Positions 1-9,803 of a stretch of 64,000 bases of DNA are shown here, in pieces. The notes beneath the pieces were generated by a model, which saw only the letters and a program-made list of their open reading frames with translations, searched no databases and was not told the DNA's origin. The DNA comes from Candidatus Latescibacterota bacterium (GTDB taxonomy: Bacteria; Latescibacterota; UBA2968): the NCBI GenBank assembly GCA_965208125.1, contig OZ242320.1, positions 3,584,001 to 3,648,000 on the forward strand. Reading direction: 5' to 3'. Every line of letters begins with the position of its first letter. The first letter of the stretch is position 1. The translations under genes were made by a program, and so were the position numbers.

Positions 1-37
1 TGTTTGAGAACTACTATGACGAATCGCCTCTATAAAC

Positions 38-123
38 AGAGTAGGTTATGGTTTGTTGGACCATTCCTGCTGTGTATGTTGCGTCAGAAGGCCACTGGCT
101 GACTACCAATCCGACTGGGCCTT
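38..123 (+). repeat. 86-bp direct repeat, copy 1 (structured, possible ncRNA)
   Basis: Ungapped match to 7458..7543 with 9 mismatches; GGTTTGTTGGA near the start can pair with TCCGACTGGGCC at the end; abuts the stop codon of 124..3318. Confidence 0.85.
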
Positions 124-3100
124 TTAAGGGCGTTTGATCCCCAGTTTTTTCATTTTGCTATACAGGGTAGAGGGTGGTAATCCCAGCAGTGCCGCTGCTC
201 CCCTATCCCCACTTATCTGATAGTTGGTGATTTTGAGCACTTCAAGAATATAGTGTCGTTCATATTCGTCCAAAGGCACGACTTCGCGGTCCTGAGAAAC
301 TGTCACGGTGTTCCTCTTACGATCAAGATCCGGGCCTTCGATTCGGAAACCATACGGTCCCAGATCACCCACTTCGATTTGCGAACCGCGACACACGATT
401 ACGGCTCGCTGTATCGTATGTTCCAGTTCCCGCACATTGCCTGGCCAATCGCAGGTTTGCAACACCTCTATAACCTCTGGCGTCAAAGGGACTATTTGCT
501 TGCCCAGGTGTGTGGCCATGCGATTTTTGAAAAACTCGGCAAGGTGTGGGATGTCCTCTCTGCGCTCGCGTAAGGGGGGGAGATAGATTGGAAAAACCTG
601 GAAACGATAATACAGATCTTCGCGGAAAACACCTGCGCTAACCATATCCTCCAAATTGCGATTGGTCGCCGCCACAATGCGCGCCTGCACCGACAGCGTC
701 TCGCTACCCCCAACGCGCTCATAAGTGCCCTCTTCCAGCAAGCGCAACATCCTGGCCTGTGTTCTCACAGCCATATCGCTGATTTCATCCAAAAAGAGCG
801 TGCCGCCCTTAGCCAATTCTACCTTGCCCAATCTGCGAGACACTGCACTGGTAAACGCTCCTCGCTCGTGACCAAAAAGCTCACTGTCGATCAGCGTTTC
901 AGGCAACGCTCCGCAGTTGACCTGGATAAAAGGACCATCGCTATTGGGACTCTGCGCGTGTAATACTCGCGCAGCTAATCCCTTACCCACACCCGTTTCG
1001 CCTATAATCAGCACGGACAGATCAGTGGGTGCTACCTTTCTGAGCTGGAATTGAAACTGTTGCAAAACCTCGCTTTGACCGATAAACTCGTTATCCCCCT
1101 GATTATTGAGTGTCGCCGTCAGGCCCTCAATACGCGGATCTGGCTCTACCGAGAGTTGAATCTGCGCCATCTCTGAGTAATTGAGGTCGCGATCTATCGC
1201 TTTGACCTGAAACGTGTAGTCTCCCGGCGGTAGATCCTGATAATAGGCCCGCATCTCTCGGGTCGCTGGTTGCCAGTCGGGGTCGTATCCTTCAAGACGA
1301 TAGACATAGAGCAAGTCGCGGGGGTGTGTGGAAAAACTCATCCCCTTATACTCGAAAATTACCTGTTGGTCTGTCGTGGACAATACGACTTCTTCTAAAT
1401 TCTCATAGACCTGATCGGCGACGACCTGAAGCAGACGAACTCTGGGCGTAGTCTGTCGCTTGCGGTAGCGCACCAGAGTGTTTTGGGCTGTACCGAAATA
1501 GAAGGCGCCATCGCGGTCTTCGAGTATTTTGAGCACCGGTCCTATGTGAGGTGATTTGATGGTCTGGAAAAGCTGGCCATCGTAGTGAACCACGCCTCCG
1601 TCTGTGCCAAGCCAGAGGTGACCTTGAGAGTCCTCAAGCAAGCAATGGATGCGGTTGCTCGGCAAACCGTCTTCAGTCGTGAAGGTCTGGAAGGTGCTAC
1701 CATCAAAACAGGCGAGACCGCCCTGGGTAGCCACCCACAGGTTGCCAGGGCGGTCTAATAGCAAGTCACTGACCCTGTCGTCGATCAGCCCGTCTTCAAC
1801 CCCGTAAAATTTGAGGTCATCTTTGGGATGCCAGCGGGCGAAGCCTTTGTCGAGGTCAGAGAAATGTTGGTGAACAAGATGAAAATAGACCTCGCCATTG
1901 CGCCCGGCAATCACAGTACCAATGTAGCTGCGAGGATCCTGATTTTTATCTTTTACAAAAATGGTTTGAAACTCTTCGCCCTGCTGATAAGTGAGCCTCA
2001 ATGGACTGGCAAAAAGGTCTCTTTTTCTTTTGTTTTTTTTATTTTTCCAATGACCAAAAAGAAATTGCCCTTCCCGATCCTGGGCAATTGCACAAATACT
2101 GCTTGAACCTGCGATTGTTTCTATTTTTTCTATCTTCTGCCCATCGTAGCGGAATAAGCCATTGATGCCGCCAAACCACAGATACCCGTCGTGGTCTTCG
2201 TAGATGGCAAAACAGTTATTGATATCAAAATCATCCTCAGGGTCTATCAGGTCAATGACCTTTCCATCAAAGCGAAAGACGCTATTGCTTTGATATTTAA
2301 AAACAGGAGACACAGACCCCACCCATATATCACCGCGACTATCTTGCACGATCTGCGAGATCTCACTCACGCTTTCAGAGACCCTTGCACTGAAGTCGAA
2401 AATGCTGATACTATGTGCATCGTAAAGGCCGACGCCACCCCAGGTAGCGAACCAATACTGATGATCGCGATCCTGGTACACGGCTTTGACTGCGGGATGA
2501 GGCAGACCATCGGCAGGGGTAAACCTGCTGAATCCATCACCGTCTTGATAGAGCACGCCTTCTGAAGTGCTAAACCACATCCGACCTGTACCGTCACTCT
2601 GAATGTTGCGCAGTGGGCTACCCAAATTTATCTCAACAGACTGAAAGGTGCCATCGACATGACACCAGAGTTCGTTTTCGCTTTCGTGCTGACCAACCCA
2701 CATCTTGCCGGTATCATCCTGCCCGACCGCATAGCTTATATCGCTTTGCGGAAAACCGTCTTTCTCTTCATAGCGATGGAAGGATGTGCCATCAAAGCGA
2801 ATGAGGTGGTTAAAGCCAAACCACAGATGACCTTCCGAGTCCTGGGCAATACCCCGACACTGTTTGCGCAAAGGTAGCGGCTCGTAGTGCTTAAGGTAGA
2901 GCGGCATCAGGTCGTGGAACACAGTGCCGTCGTAATATCCCAGGGTCCTGTGACCACCACACCATATACGCCCTTCACGGTCTTCGTAGATGAACTGCAC
3001 AGCGCGGTCTGCTATACTCTCGTCCTCCAGATGGTGGAAATTCGTCCCGTCGTACCAACAGACTCCATTTGCTGTACCGATCCACAACCGATTCTGACTG

Positions 3101-3318
3101 TCTTTTTGAACAAAATAAATACTATCATTAACAAGACCGTCCTGTTTAGTAAAATTCTGGAACTCGTCCCCTTCGAAGCGGCTGACACCATTGCCCCAGG
3201 TGGCGAACCAGAGATAACCTTCGCTATCCTCGGCGATGTGTTCAATGCGCATCCCGGCCAGACCATCGGCTATGGAATAGATCCGCCAGGTGCCTTTGCG
3301 GTTAAGTGATTTGAGCAT
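124..3318 (-). CDS. Sigma54-dependent transcriptional activator with N-terminal two-component-regulator beta-propeller repeats and Y_Y_Y domain
   Basis: Repeated 'ED..G.LW.(A/G)T..G' blades; YRLEGYD...Y..L.PG.Y.F.V.A (Y_Y_Y); Walker [15 protein letters not shown] loop, Walker [14 protein letters not shown], Fis-type HTH ([16 protein letters not shown]). Confidence 0.92.
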   Translation of the reverse strand: MLKSLNRKGTWRIYSIADGLAGMRIEHIAEDSEGYLWFATWGNGVSRFEGDEFQNFTKQDGLVNDSIYFVQKDSQNRLWIGTANGVCWYDGTNFHHLEDESIADRAVQFIYEDREGRIWCGGHRTLGYYDGTVFHDLMPLYLKHYEPLPLRKQCRGIAQDSEGHLWFGFNHLIRFDGTSFHRYEEKDGFPQSDISYAVGQDDTGKMWVGQHESENELWCHVDGTFQSVEINLGSPLRNIQSDGTGRMWFSTSEGVLYQDGDGFSRFTPADGLPHPAVKAVYQDRDHQYWFATWGGVGLYDAHSISIFDFSARVSESVSEISQIVQDSRGDIWVGSVSPVFKYQSNSVFRFDGKVIDLIDPEDDFDINNCFAIYEDHDGYLWFGGINGLFRYDGQKIEKIETIAGSSSICAIAQDREGQFLFGHWKNKKNKRKRDLFASPLRLTYQQGEEFQTIFVKDKNQDPRSYIGTVIAGRNGEVYFHLVHQHFSDLDKGFARWHPKDDLKFYGVEDGLIDDRVSDLLLDRPGNLWVATQGGLACFDGSTFQTFTTEDGLPSNRIHCLLEDSQGHLWLGTDGGVVHYDGQLFQTIKSPHIGPVLKILEDRDGAFYFGTAQNTLVRYRKRQTTPRVRLLQVVADQVYENLEEVVLSTTDQQVIFEYKGMSFSTHPRDLLYVYRLEGYDPDWQPATREMRAYYQDLPPGDYTFQVKAIDRDLNYSEMAQIQLSVEPDPRIEGLTATLNNQGDNEFIGQSEVLQQFQFQLRKVAPTDLSVLIIGETGVGKGLAARVLHAQSPNSDGPFIQVNCGALPETLIDSELFGHERGAFTSAVSRRLGKVELAKGGTLFLDEISDMAVRTQARMLRLLEEGTYERVGGSETLSVQARIVAATNRNLEDMVSAGVFREDLYYRFQVFPIYLPPLRERREDIPHLAEFFKNRMATHLGKQIVPLTPEVIEVLQTCDWPGNVRELEHTIQRAVIVCRGSQIEVGDLGPYGFRIEGPDLDRKRNTVTVSQDREVVPLDEYERHYILEVLKITNYQISGDRGAAALLGLPPSTLYSKMKKLGIKRP

Positions 3319-3415
3319 AAAACCTCATGATACAGGTAAAAATTTTAGTTCGTAGTGGGGCTCCTTTCTAACTACTGAGAAGGTAACCGCCAAAACGGAT
3401 CAAGTCCACTAACAC

Positions 3416-3739
3416 TTACAAGTCCTCGACTCTTTCGTACTCATTACGGGCACGACGTAATAGTCCCGTCTTCTTAGTATCAACGACCGGACGAGCTTCC
3501 ACATTATTCGTAACGGACATTGCCAAAGCCACAACCCATCCAATAAACGTCCATCCAAGAAATAAATTGATTACCAGAATGGAGGCTCGGTTTCTATGGT
3601 ATCGAAAAAACGCAGTAATTGCCGGAGCGAAGTAAAGTGCCAGTAAGAGCACCAGAATAAACTGACCCATCCCGGTATTTAACAAAGTGTCCCTGAGATC
3701 TGACAACGCTAAATACAGCATTAATAAGTCATAATACAT
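3416..3739 (-). CDS. Superinfection immunity (T4 Imm-like) membrane protein
   Basis: LYFAPAITA..R.H.N...I..INLFLGWTFIGWVVAL is the Imm_superinfect signature; start uncertain (TTG 3790, ATG 3739 or later). Confidence 0.8.
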   Translation of the reverse strand: MYYDLLMLYLALSDLRDTLLNTGMGQFILVLLLALYFAPAITAFFRYHRNRASILVINLFLGWTFIGWVVALAMSVTNNVEARPVVDTKKTGLLRRARNEYERVEDL

Positions 3740-3842
3740 ATCTAATTTCTCATCGTGTAGTTTGACAAGAAATAAACCGACAAGCCTCAAAACAGTTCAA
3801 ATTTTGGGTCACAGATCCTTCTTTGCGAAAGAACTTTAACTA

Positions 3843-3858
3843 TGCAATATCCGTGCCA
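3843..3858 (-). promoter_or_regulatory. Sigma54 (-24/-12) promoter
   Basis: Minus strand TGGCACGGATATTGCA matches consensus TGGCACG-N4-TTGC(A/T) exactly and points into the imm-like gene. Confidence 0.85.
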
Positions 3859-3967
3859 ACGTGAATTTCTCACAAGATGTTTTTAATCATAAAGTATTAT
3901 TTATATTGAAGTAGTTAAAAAAGGAGATATGTAAATCAGTCCGAAATTTTATATTCCCAGTCACTGT

Positions 3968-3999
3968 ATATCGCGATATTTGACCATATATCGTGATTG
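3968..3999. promoter_or_regulatory. Putative tandem enhancer (UAS) palindromes
   Basis: Perfect palindrome ATATCGCGATAT (3968-3979) and a variant ATATCGTGATTG 20 bp away, about 110-140 bp upstream of the sigma54 promoter. Confidence 0.5.
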
Positions 4000-4027
4000 C
4001 CAATATTAAGAATATATGATGCACAAT

Positions 4028-7000
4028 TTAAGGAAGTTTGATGCCCAGTTTTCTCATTTTGCCATACAGGGTAGAAGGCGGTAATCCCAGCAGTGCCGCT
4101 GCTCCCCTATCCCCACTTATCTGATAGTTGGTGATTTTGAGCACTTCAAGAATATAGTGTCGTTCAAATTCATCCAAAGGCACGACTTCGCGGTCCTGAG
4201 AAACTGTCACGGTGTTCCTCTTACGATCAAGATCCGGGCCTTCGATTCGGAAACCATACAGTCCCAGTTCCCGCACTTTGATTTGCGAACCGTGACACAC
4301 GATTACGGCTCGCTGTATCGTATGTTCCAGTTCCCGCACATTGCCTGGCCAATCGCAGGTTTGCAACACCGCGATAACCTCTGGCGTCAAGGGAACTATT
4401 TGCTTGCCCAGATGTGTGGCCATGCGATGCTTGAAAAACTCAGCAAGGTGCGGGATATCCTCCTTGCGCTCGCGCAGGGGCGGTAGAAAAATTGGAAAAA
4501 CCTGAAAGCGATAATACAGATCTTCGCGGAAAACACCTGCGCTAACCATATCCTCCAAATTGCGATTGGTCGCAGCCACAATCCGCGCCTGCACTCTCAG
4601 CGTCTCGCTACCCCCAACGCGCTCAAATGTGCCCTCTTCCAGTAATCGCAACATCCTGGCCTGTGTTTGCGGAGCCATATCGCTGATCTCGTCCAAAAAG
4701 AGCGTGCCGCCCTTAGCCAATTCCACCTTGCCCAGCCTGCGAGACTCTGCGCCGGTAAACGCTCCTCGCTCGTGGCCAAAAAGCTCACTATCGATCAGCG
4801 TTTCAGGCAGTGCACCGCAGTTGACCTGTATAAAAGGTCCATTACAATAGTGACTCAGCGCGTGTAATACCCGCGCAGCCAATCCCTTTCCCACACCCGT
4901 TTCGCCTATAATCAGCACGGTTATATCAGTGGATGCCACCTCTATGAGTTTGTTTTGAAACTGTTGCAAAACCTCGCTCTGACCGATAAACTCGTTATCT
5001 CCCTGGTCATTGAGTGTCGCCGTCAGGCCCTCAATACGCGGATCTGGCTCTACCGAGAGTTGAATCTGCGCCATCTCTGAGTAATTGAGATCGCGATCTA
5101 TCGCCCTGACCTGAAACGTGTAGTCTCCTGGCGACAAGTTCCGGTAGTAGGCCTGCGTCTTTCGTGTCGCAGGCTGCCAGTCGGGGTCGTATCCTTCAAG
5201 ACGATAGACATAGAGCAAGTCGCGGGGATGGGTGGAAAAACTCATCCCCTTATACTCGAAAGTCACCTGTTGGTCTGTCGTAGAGGCGATGACTTCTTTC
5301 GGGTTTTCATAGACCTGATCGGCGACAACTTGAAGCAGAAGCACCCTGGGCGAGGTCTGTCGCTGGCGGTAGCGCACCAGAGAATTTTGGGCTGTGCCAA
5401 AATAGAAGTTTCCATCACGAGCTTCGAGTATTTTGAGAACCGATCCTATATGGGGTGACTTGATGGTCTGGAAAATCTGACCATCGTAGTGAGCCACACC
5501 TCCGTCTGTGCCAACCCAGAGATGGCCTCGCCGATCTTCAAGCAAGCAACGGATGCGGTTGCTCGGCAATCCGTCTTCAGTCGTGAAGCTCTGGAAGGTG
5601 CTACCATCAAAACAGGCGAGACCGCCCTGAGTAGCCACCCACAGGTTGCCATGGCGGTCTAATAGCAGGTCGTTGACATTGTGGTCTATCAGTCCATTTT
5701 CAATTCCATAAAATTTAAGACCATCTTCGGGATGCCAGCGCGCGAAGCCCTTGTCAGCGTCAGAGAAATTTTGGTGAATGAGATAAAAATAAAACTCACC
5801 GTTGTGCCCGGCAATCACCGTGCCAATGCGGCTGAAAGGATCTTTATTTTTCTTTTTCTCAAAAATGGTTTGGAACTGCTCGCCCTGCTGACAAATGAGC
5901 CTCAATGGGTGGACAAAAAGGTCTCTTCTTCTCTTTTTATTTTCGTTTTCCCAATGACCAAAAAGGAATCTCCCTTGCGAATCCTGAGCAATTGCACTGA
6001 TACTTCCCTCGCCTAAGCCTGCGGTTGGTTGCATTTTTTTCAGCTTCTTCCCATCGTAGTGGAACAAGCCATTAATGCCGCCAAACCACAGGTCCCCGTC
6101 GTGGTCCTCGTAGATAGCGAAACAGTTGTTGATATCAAAACCATCCTCTGTGCCTACAAAGGCAAAGTGCTCGCCATCAAAGCGAAAAATGCTTTTCTCC
6201 AGACGGTTGAGAAAGGGAACTGCATATCCGACCCATATATCATCCCGCCGGTCTTGCACGATATGCGAGATTTCACTCACTTCTCTGAATAATTCCGCAC
6301 TGAGGTCGAAAACGCTGATACTATGTGCATCGTAGAGCACGCCGCCGCCCCATGTGGCAAACCAATACTGATGTTCGCGATCATGGAATACAGCTTTGAC
6401 CGCGGGATGAGGCAGGCCATCGTCAGAGGTAAACCTGTTGAATCCATCACCATCCTGATAGAACACGCCTTGTGAAGTGGAAAACCACATCCGGCCTTCA
6501 CTGTCACACTGAATTTTGCGCAGTGTGCCCTCCAAATCTACCTGAACAGACTGAAAGGAGCCATCGGCATAGCACCAGAGTTTATTTTCGTATTCGCGAT
6601 AGCCGATCCACACCTTACCGGTGTGGTCCTGTCCCACAGCATAGCTCGTCAGAATGCGTGGCGGAAACCCCTCTTCCTCTTCATAGCGATGGAAGGATGT
6701 GCCATCGAAACGGATGAGGTAGTTAAAACCAAACCACATGTGGCCTTTCGGGTCCTGGGCAATTCCCCGGCACTGGTTGGGCCACTGAGGAGAAGGCGGC
6801 TGCTCGTAGTACTGAAGGTAGAGCGGAATCAGGTCGTGAAACACAGTGCCGTCGTAATACCCCAGAGTGCGATGACCACCACACCATATACGCCCCTCAC
6901 GGTCTTCGAAAATGAACTGCACAGCACGGCCTGCGATCCCCTCATCCTCCAGATGGTGGAAATCTGTTCCGTCATACCAGCAGACCCCATTTAATGTACC

Positions 7001-7240
7001 AAACCACAACCGATCACGATTGTCCTGTAAAACAAAATGAACGCAGTCATCTACAAGACCATCCTGTTTGGTAAAATTCTTAAACTCGTCTCCATCGAAG
7101 CGACTAACGCCGTTATCCCATGTGGCGAACCAGAGATAGCCTTCGCTATCCTCGGCGATGTGTTCAATACGCATCCCTGTCAGGCCATCGGCTATTGAAT
7201 ACGTCCGCCAGGTGCCCGTACGGTCAAGTGATTTGATCAT
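4028..7240 (-). CDS. Sigma54-dependent transcriptional activator with beta-propeller and Y_Y_Y domain (paralog of 124..3318)
   Basis: Same architecture with canonical GAFTGA; long near-identical DNA stretches shared with copy 1. Confidence 0.92.
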   Translation of the reverse strand: MIKSLDRTGTWRTYSIADGLTGMRIEHIAEDSEGYLWFATWDNGVSRFDGDEFKNFTKQDGLVDDCVHFVLQDNRDRLWFGTLNGVCWYDGTDFHHLEDEGIAGRAVQFIFEDREGRIWCGGHRTLGYYDGTVFHDLIPLYLQYYEQPPSPQWPNQCRGIAQDPKGHMWFGFNYLIRFDGTSFHRYEEEEGFPPRILTSYAVGQDHTGKVWIGYREYENKLWCYADGSFQSVQVDLEGTLRKIQCDSEGRMWFSTSQGVFYQDGDGFNRFTSDDGLPHPAVKAVFHDREHQYWFATWGGGVLYDAHSISVFDLSAELFREVSEISHIVQDRRDDIWVGYAVPFLNRLEKSIFRFDGEHFAFVGTEDGFDINNCFAIYEDHDGDLWFGGINGLFHYDGKKLKKMQPTAGLGEGSISAIAQDSQGRFLFGHWENENKKRRRDLFVHPLRLICQQGEQFQTIFEKKKNKDPFSRIGTVIAGHNGEFYFYLIHQNFSDADKGFARWHPEDGLKFYGIENGLIDHNVNDLLLDRHGNLWVATQGGLACFDGSTFQSFTTEDGLPSNRIRCLLEDRRGHLWVGTDGGVAHYDGQIFQTIKSPHIGSVLKILEARDGNFYFGTAQNSLVRYRQRQTSPRVLLLQVVADQVYENPKEVIASTTDQQVTFEYKGMSFSTHPRDLLYVYRLEGYDPDWQPATRKTQAYYRNLSPGDYTFQVRAIDRDLNYSEMAQIQLSVEPDPRIEGLTATLNDQGDNEFIGQSEVLQQFQNKLIEVASTDITVLIIGETGVGKGLAARVLHALSHYCNGPFIQVNCGALPETLIDSELFGHERGAFTGAESRRLGKVELAKGGTLFLDEISDMAPQTQARMLRLLEEGTFERVGGSETLRVQARIVAATNRNLEDMVSAGVFREDLYYRFQVFPIFLPPLRERKEDIPHLAEFFKHRMATHLGKQIVPLTPEVIAVLQTCDWPGNVRELEHTIQRAVIVCHGSQIKVRELGLYGFRIEGPDLDRKRNTVTVSQDREVVPLDEFERHYILEVLKITNYQISGDRGAAALLGLPPSTLYGKMRKLGIKLP

Positions 7241-7457
7241 AAAAAAAACCTCATGATACAGGTAAAAATTTTAGTTCACATCGAATAACATATCGCGAAT
7301 ATAAAACCCTTCTTAATCTGTGTATTATAACCAAATTTCAAGAAAATTGTTGCGACTCACGAGCCTCCTTACCTGAAGAGTTGAACTGAAACTATCTGGT
7401 TTTTCATCATATTATTACCTCTTGATTTTTGAATTTTAAAACTATACATTTAGCAAT

Positions 7458-7543
7458 AGAGTGGGTTATGGTTTGTTGGACCATTCCCGTTCTGTATGTT
7501 GCGGCAGGGGGCCACAGGCTGACTACCAATCCGACAGGGCCTT
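7458..7543 (+). repeat. 86-bp direct repeat, copy 2 (possible ncRNA 5' end)
   Basis: Match to 38..123; preceded by TTGATT-N17-TACATT (7422-7450), placing a predicted start site at about the first base of the repeat. Confidence 0.85.
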
Positions 7544-7649
7544 CTGCCGTTTTTGCTGCAATGAAAAAATAAATTTCTGTTTTTTTAATCTGATATTAAA
7601 TAAAGTAAAAGTCAAGATTTTCTATATTGTTACCCGTTTTTTAGGAGAA

Positions 7650-7680
7650 AAGGGCGCGTTCAAAACGCGTCCTTATTTTT
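7650..7680. terminator. Intrinsic terminator hairpin
   Basis: AAGGGCGCGTT-CAA-AACGCGTCCTT with A-run before and T-run after, just past the stop of 7692..8510. Confidence 0.6.
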
Positions 7681-7691
7681 GTACTATGGAT

Positions 7692-8510
7692 TTAAAAAAA
7701 GGGGAAAAGTTTTGGGATGTTGTCATTTGTGAGCGCGCTGCCGTATTCACAGCCTTCAAATGCTTCGGCGTATTGAATGCTCGAGCCGCGTTCTTGTCCG
7801 TAGTATTTGATCAATAGATCGCGATACCGATCTGCTACGGTGCGAAATTGATTGAGGCGATGCCGCAGCCATTCGCGGCGGTTTTGCGGCGATTCGGGTA
7901 CCTGGTCGAGGTGGCCCGCGTTAAAGGGCAACCATTCGTACATTTGCGATGTGTGGCAGTGTAGCATGTCGAGTTTTTTTTCGATGATATCGTCTATGGC
8001 TATGACGACATCGGGAGAAAATGGTTGCGGTTTTTGGAAGTTGTCGCTCAGGTACGCGATGACAGGGTTGTACGATAGGGCGGGAGTGTCTGTGCAGATG
8101 TTGGGCACGGTGACCATGTATGCCGAGTCCTGCACGAGGATAGATGTGTAGCGGTGATCGGGGTGGTAGTCGTTGGGGCGATGGGTCAGGATGAGGTCTG
8201 GCGTGTAGTTGCGAATCAGGCGGATGATTTTTTTGCGATTTTCAAGGGTGGGTTCAAGTTCGCCGTCGTGGTTGTCGATTACGTGGTATTCGATGCCAGC
8301 GACTGCACCTGCTGCCTGGGCTTCGGCGCGGCGGCGACGGGCGAGTTCAATGCCGCCGATTTCGTGATGGCCCGCGTCGCCGTTGGTGACAGAGACAAAT
8401 TTTACCTCGTGTCCGAGGTTTGCATATTTGATGGCGATGCCGCCCGCTTTGATATCGCAATCGTCAGGGTGGGCGCCAAAGACAATGATTTTCAGGGAAT
8501 GGTTGTTCAT
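7692..8510 (-). CDS. PIG-L/LmbE family deacetylase
   Basis: AHPDD and HPDH motifs, T.GDAG, C-terminal AEAF. Confidence 0.9.
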   Translation of the reverse strand: MNNHSLKIIVFGAHPDDCDIKAGGIAIKYANLGHEVKFVSVTNGDAGHHEIGGIELARRRRAEAQAAGAVAGIEYHVIDNHDGELEPTLENRKKIIRLIRNYTPDLILTHRPNDYHPDHRYTSILVQDSAYMVTVPNICTDTPALSYNPVIAYLSDNFQKPQPFSPDVVIAIDDIIEKKLDMLHCHTSQMYEWLPFNAGHLDQVPESPQNRREWLRHRLNQFRTVADRYRDLLIKYYGQERGSSIQYAEAFEGCEYGSALTNDNIPKLFPFF

Positions 8511-8519
8511 AGCAGTTCC

Positions 8520-9704
8520 TCAATTTAATGGGTTTTCATTTTTTCCATGCAGGCGATAGAGGCCCACACCGCAGGCGAGTGCGCCGAGACAAAATAAGAC
8601 GGAGAAGCCAAAGGGCCAGACGGGACCCCAGTCGATGAGTTTTCCGCCGCCGAGGCTGCCGGAGAGCATGCCCAGGCTCCAGGCGAGGTGGGCTGCGCCA
8701 ACGACGCGGCCTTTTTCGTCTTCGCGGGCGATCAATTGTATGAGGCCCGGCATGGTGGTTGAGAGAGACCAGGCCGAGGCAGTTGCGAGAATGCCAAAGG
8801 CATAAATGCCAACAAGAGTGTGCGCGGTCAGGGCAAGGCCAAGCGCGCTGATGGCGACGAGCGATGCGGATACGAGAATGGGTCGCCAGCGCCCAATGCG
8901 GTCGCAAAGCCGACCGGTGAGGACCTGAAAACAGGCCGCGATGATCAGGCTGATGGCAGTATAATTCGTGGCTTCGGTGCTGGTGCCCGCAATGCGAAAA
9001 ATGAGCAGGGGCAAGAGCAGGGTGACTGCGCCCCAATAGCTGGTGGGCAGGTAGCGGATGCCCAACAGGAGGCATACGTCGAGACGGCGGAACAGTTGTA
9101 TGAATGCGGATAAGTTGCGACCATTTTTACCAGATTTTGGCGAGGGTATCGCAGGGAGGGTCAGGATGCTCATCAGGATGAGCATTACCCCCGCAAGTGT
9201 GATGCAAAAACCGAGGGTTTGAAATCCATACGCATCGGCGATGGGGCCAGAGAGAAAATTTCCCGAAGCCGAGCCGAGGGTGTTGCCGAGAAAATAACCA
9301 GCCGATGCGATGCCGATGACAGACGATGGGGCTGCGCTGATGAGATAGCTTTGTCCTCCGGCGCTGTTAAATCCGGATGAGATGCCGATGCCGGTACACA
9401 GGGCGGTCAGGAGGAGGGGATCGCCGCTGTAAAAAATAACGCCGGCGAGAATAGGTCCCAAAGTGCCGAGGACGTAAACGGGTTTGACGCCCCAGGTATC
9501 GGCAAGGCGGCCCGCTGGTACGGCAAAGACACCGCCTAAAATGAGAAATGCTGCGCGCAGTCCTCCGGAAAAGAGGGGCGTGCCGAGCAGGTCTGCTTCG
9601 ACATATACAGGGAGGAGGGTGTTGAGGGGGGCAGAGACAAAGCTGCTAAAAAAAGAGACAATGAGCAGGGCGATGAAACGGCGATTGAGGAGTTGGGAAT
9701 ACAT
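8520..9704 (-). CDS. MFS transporter
   Basis: About 12 hydrophobic segments; motif A-like GRLADTWG and GRLCDRIGR. Confidence 0.88.
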   Translation of the reverse strand: MYSQLLNRRFIALLIVSFFSSFVSAPLNTLLPVYVEADLLGTPLFSGGLRAAFLILGGVFAVPAGRLADTWGVKPVYVLGTLGPILAGVIFYSGDPLLLTALCTGIGISSGFNSAGGQSYLISAAPSSVIGIASAGYFLGNTLGSASGNFLSGPIADAYGFQTLGFCITLAGVMLILMSILTLPAIPSPKSGKNGRNLSAFIQLFRRLDVCLLLGIRYLPTSYWGAVTLLLPLLIFRIAGTSTEATNYTAISLIIAACFQVLTGRLCDRIGRWRPILVSASLVAISALGLALTAHTLVGIYAFGILATASAWSLSTTMPGLIQLIAREDEKGRVVGAAHLAWSLGMLSGSLGGGKLIDWGPVWPFGFSVLFCLGALACGVGLYRLHGKNENPLN

Positions 9705-9730
9705 TTTTTAATTTTTTTTCATTTTCGCCC

Positions 9731-9761
9731 TTGACTCTCCAGTTACTGGAAGGTGTATATT
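9731..9761 (+). promoter_or_regulatory. MerR-type promoter/operator
   Basis: TTGACT-19 bp-TATATT with dyad TCCAGT-T-ACTGGA in the spacer, directly upstream of a MerR gene. Confidence 0.8.
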
Positions 9762-9803
9762 GTCCTTTGAAGGCCTTCAACACCCGTTACATGGAGAAAA
9801 TCC

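Noticed and set aside
48-137. Small ORF MVCWTIP... within both copies of the 86-bp repeat
   Set aside because: Five of the seven differing codons are non-synonymous, stops differ and there is no clear SD; conservation fits RNA/DNA better than a peptide
7461-7817. 118-aa + strand ORF
   Set aside because: Spans the repeat, an AT-rich spacer and a terminator and overlaps the PIG-L gene antisense; no protein features
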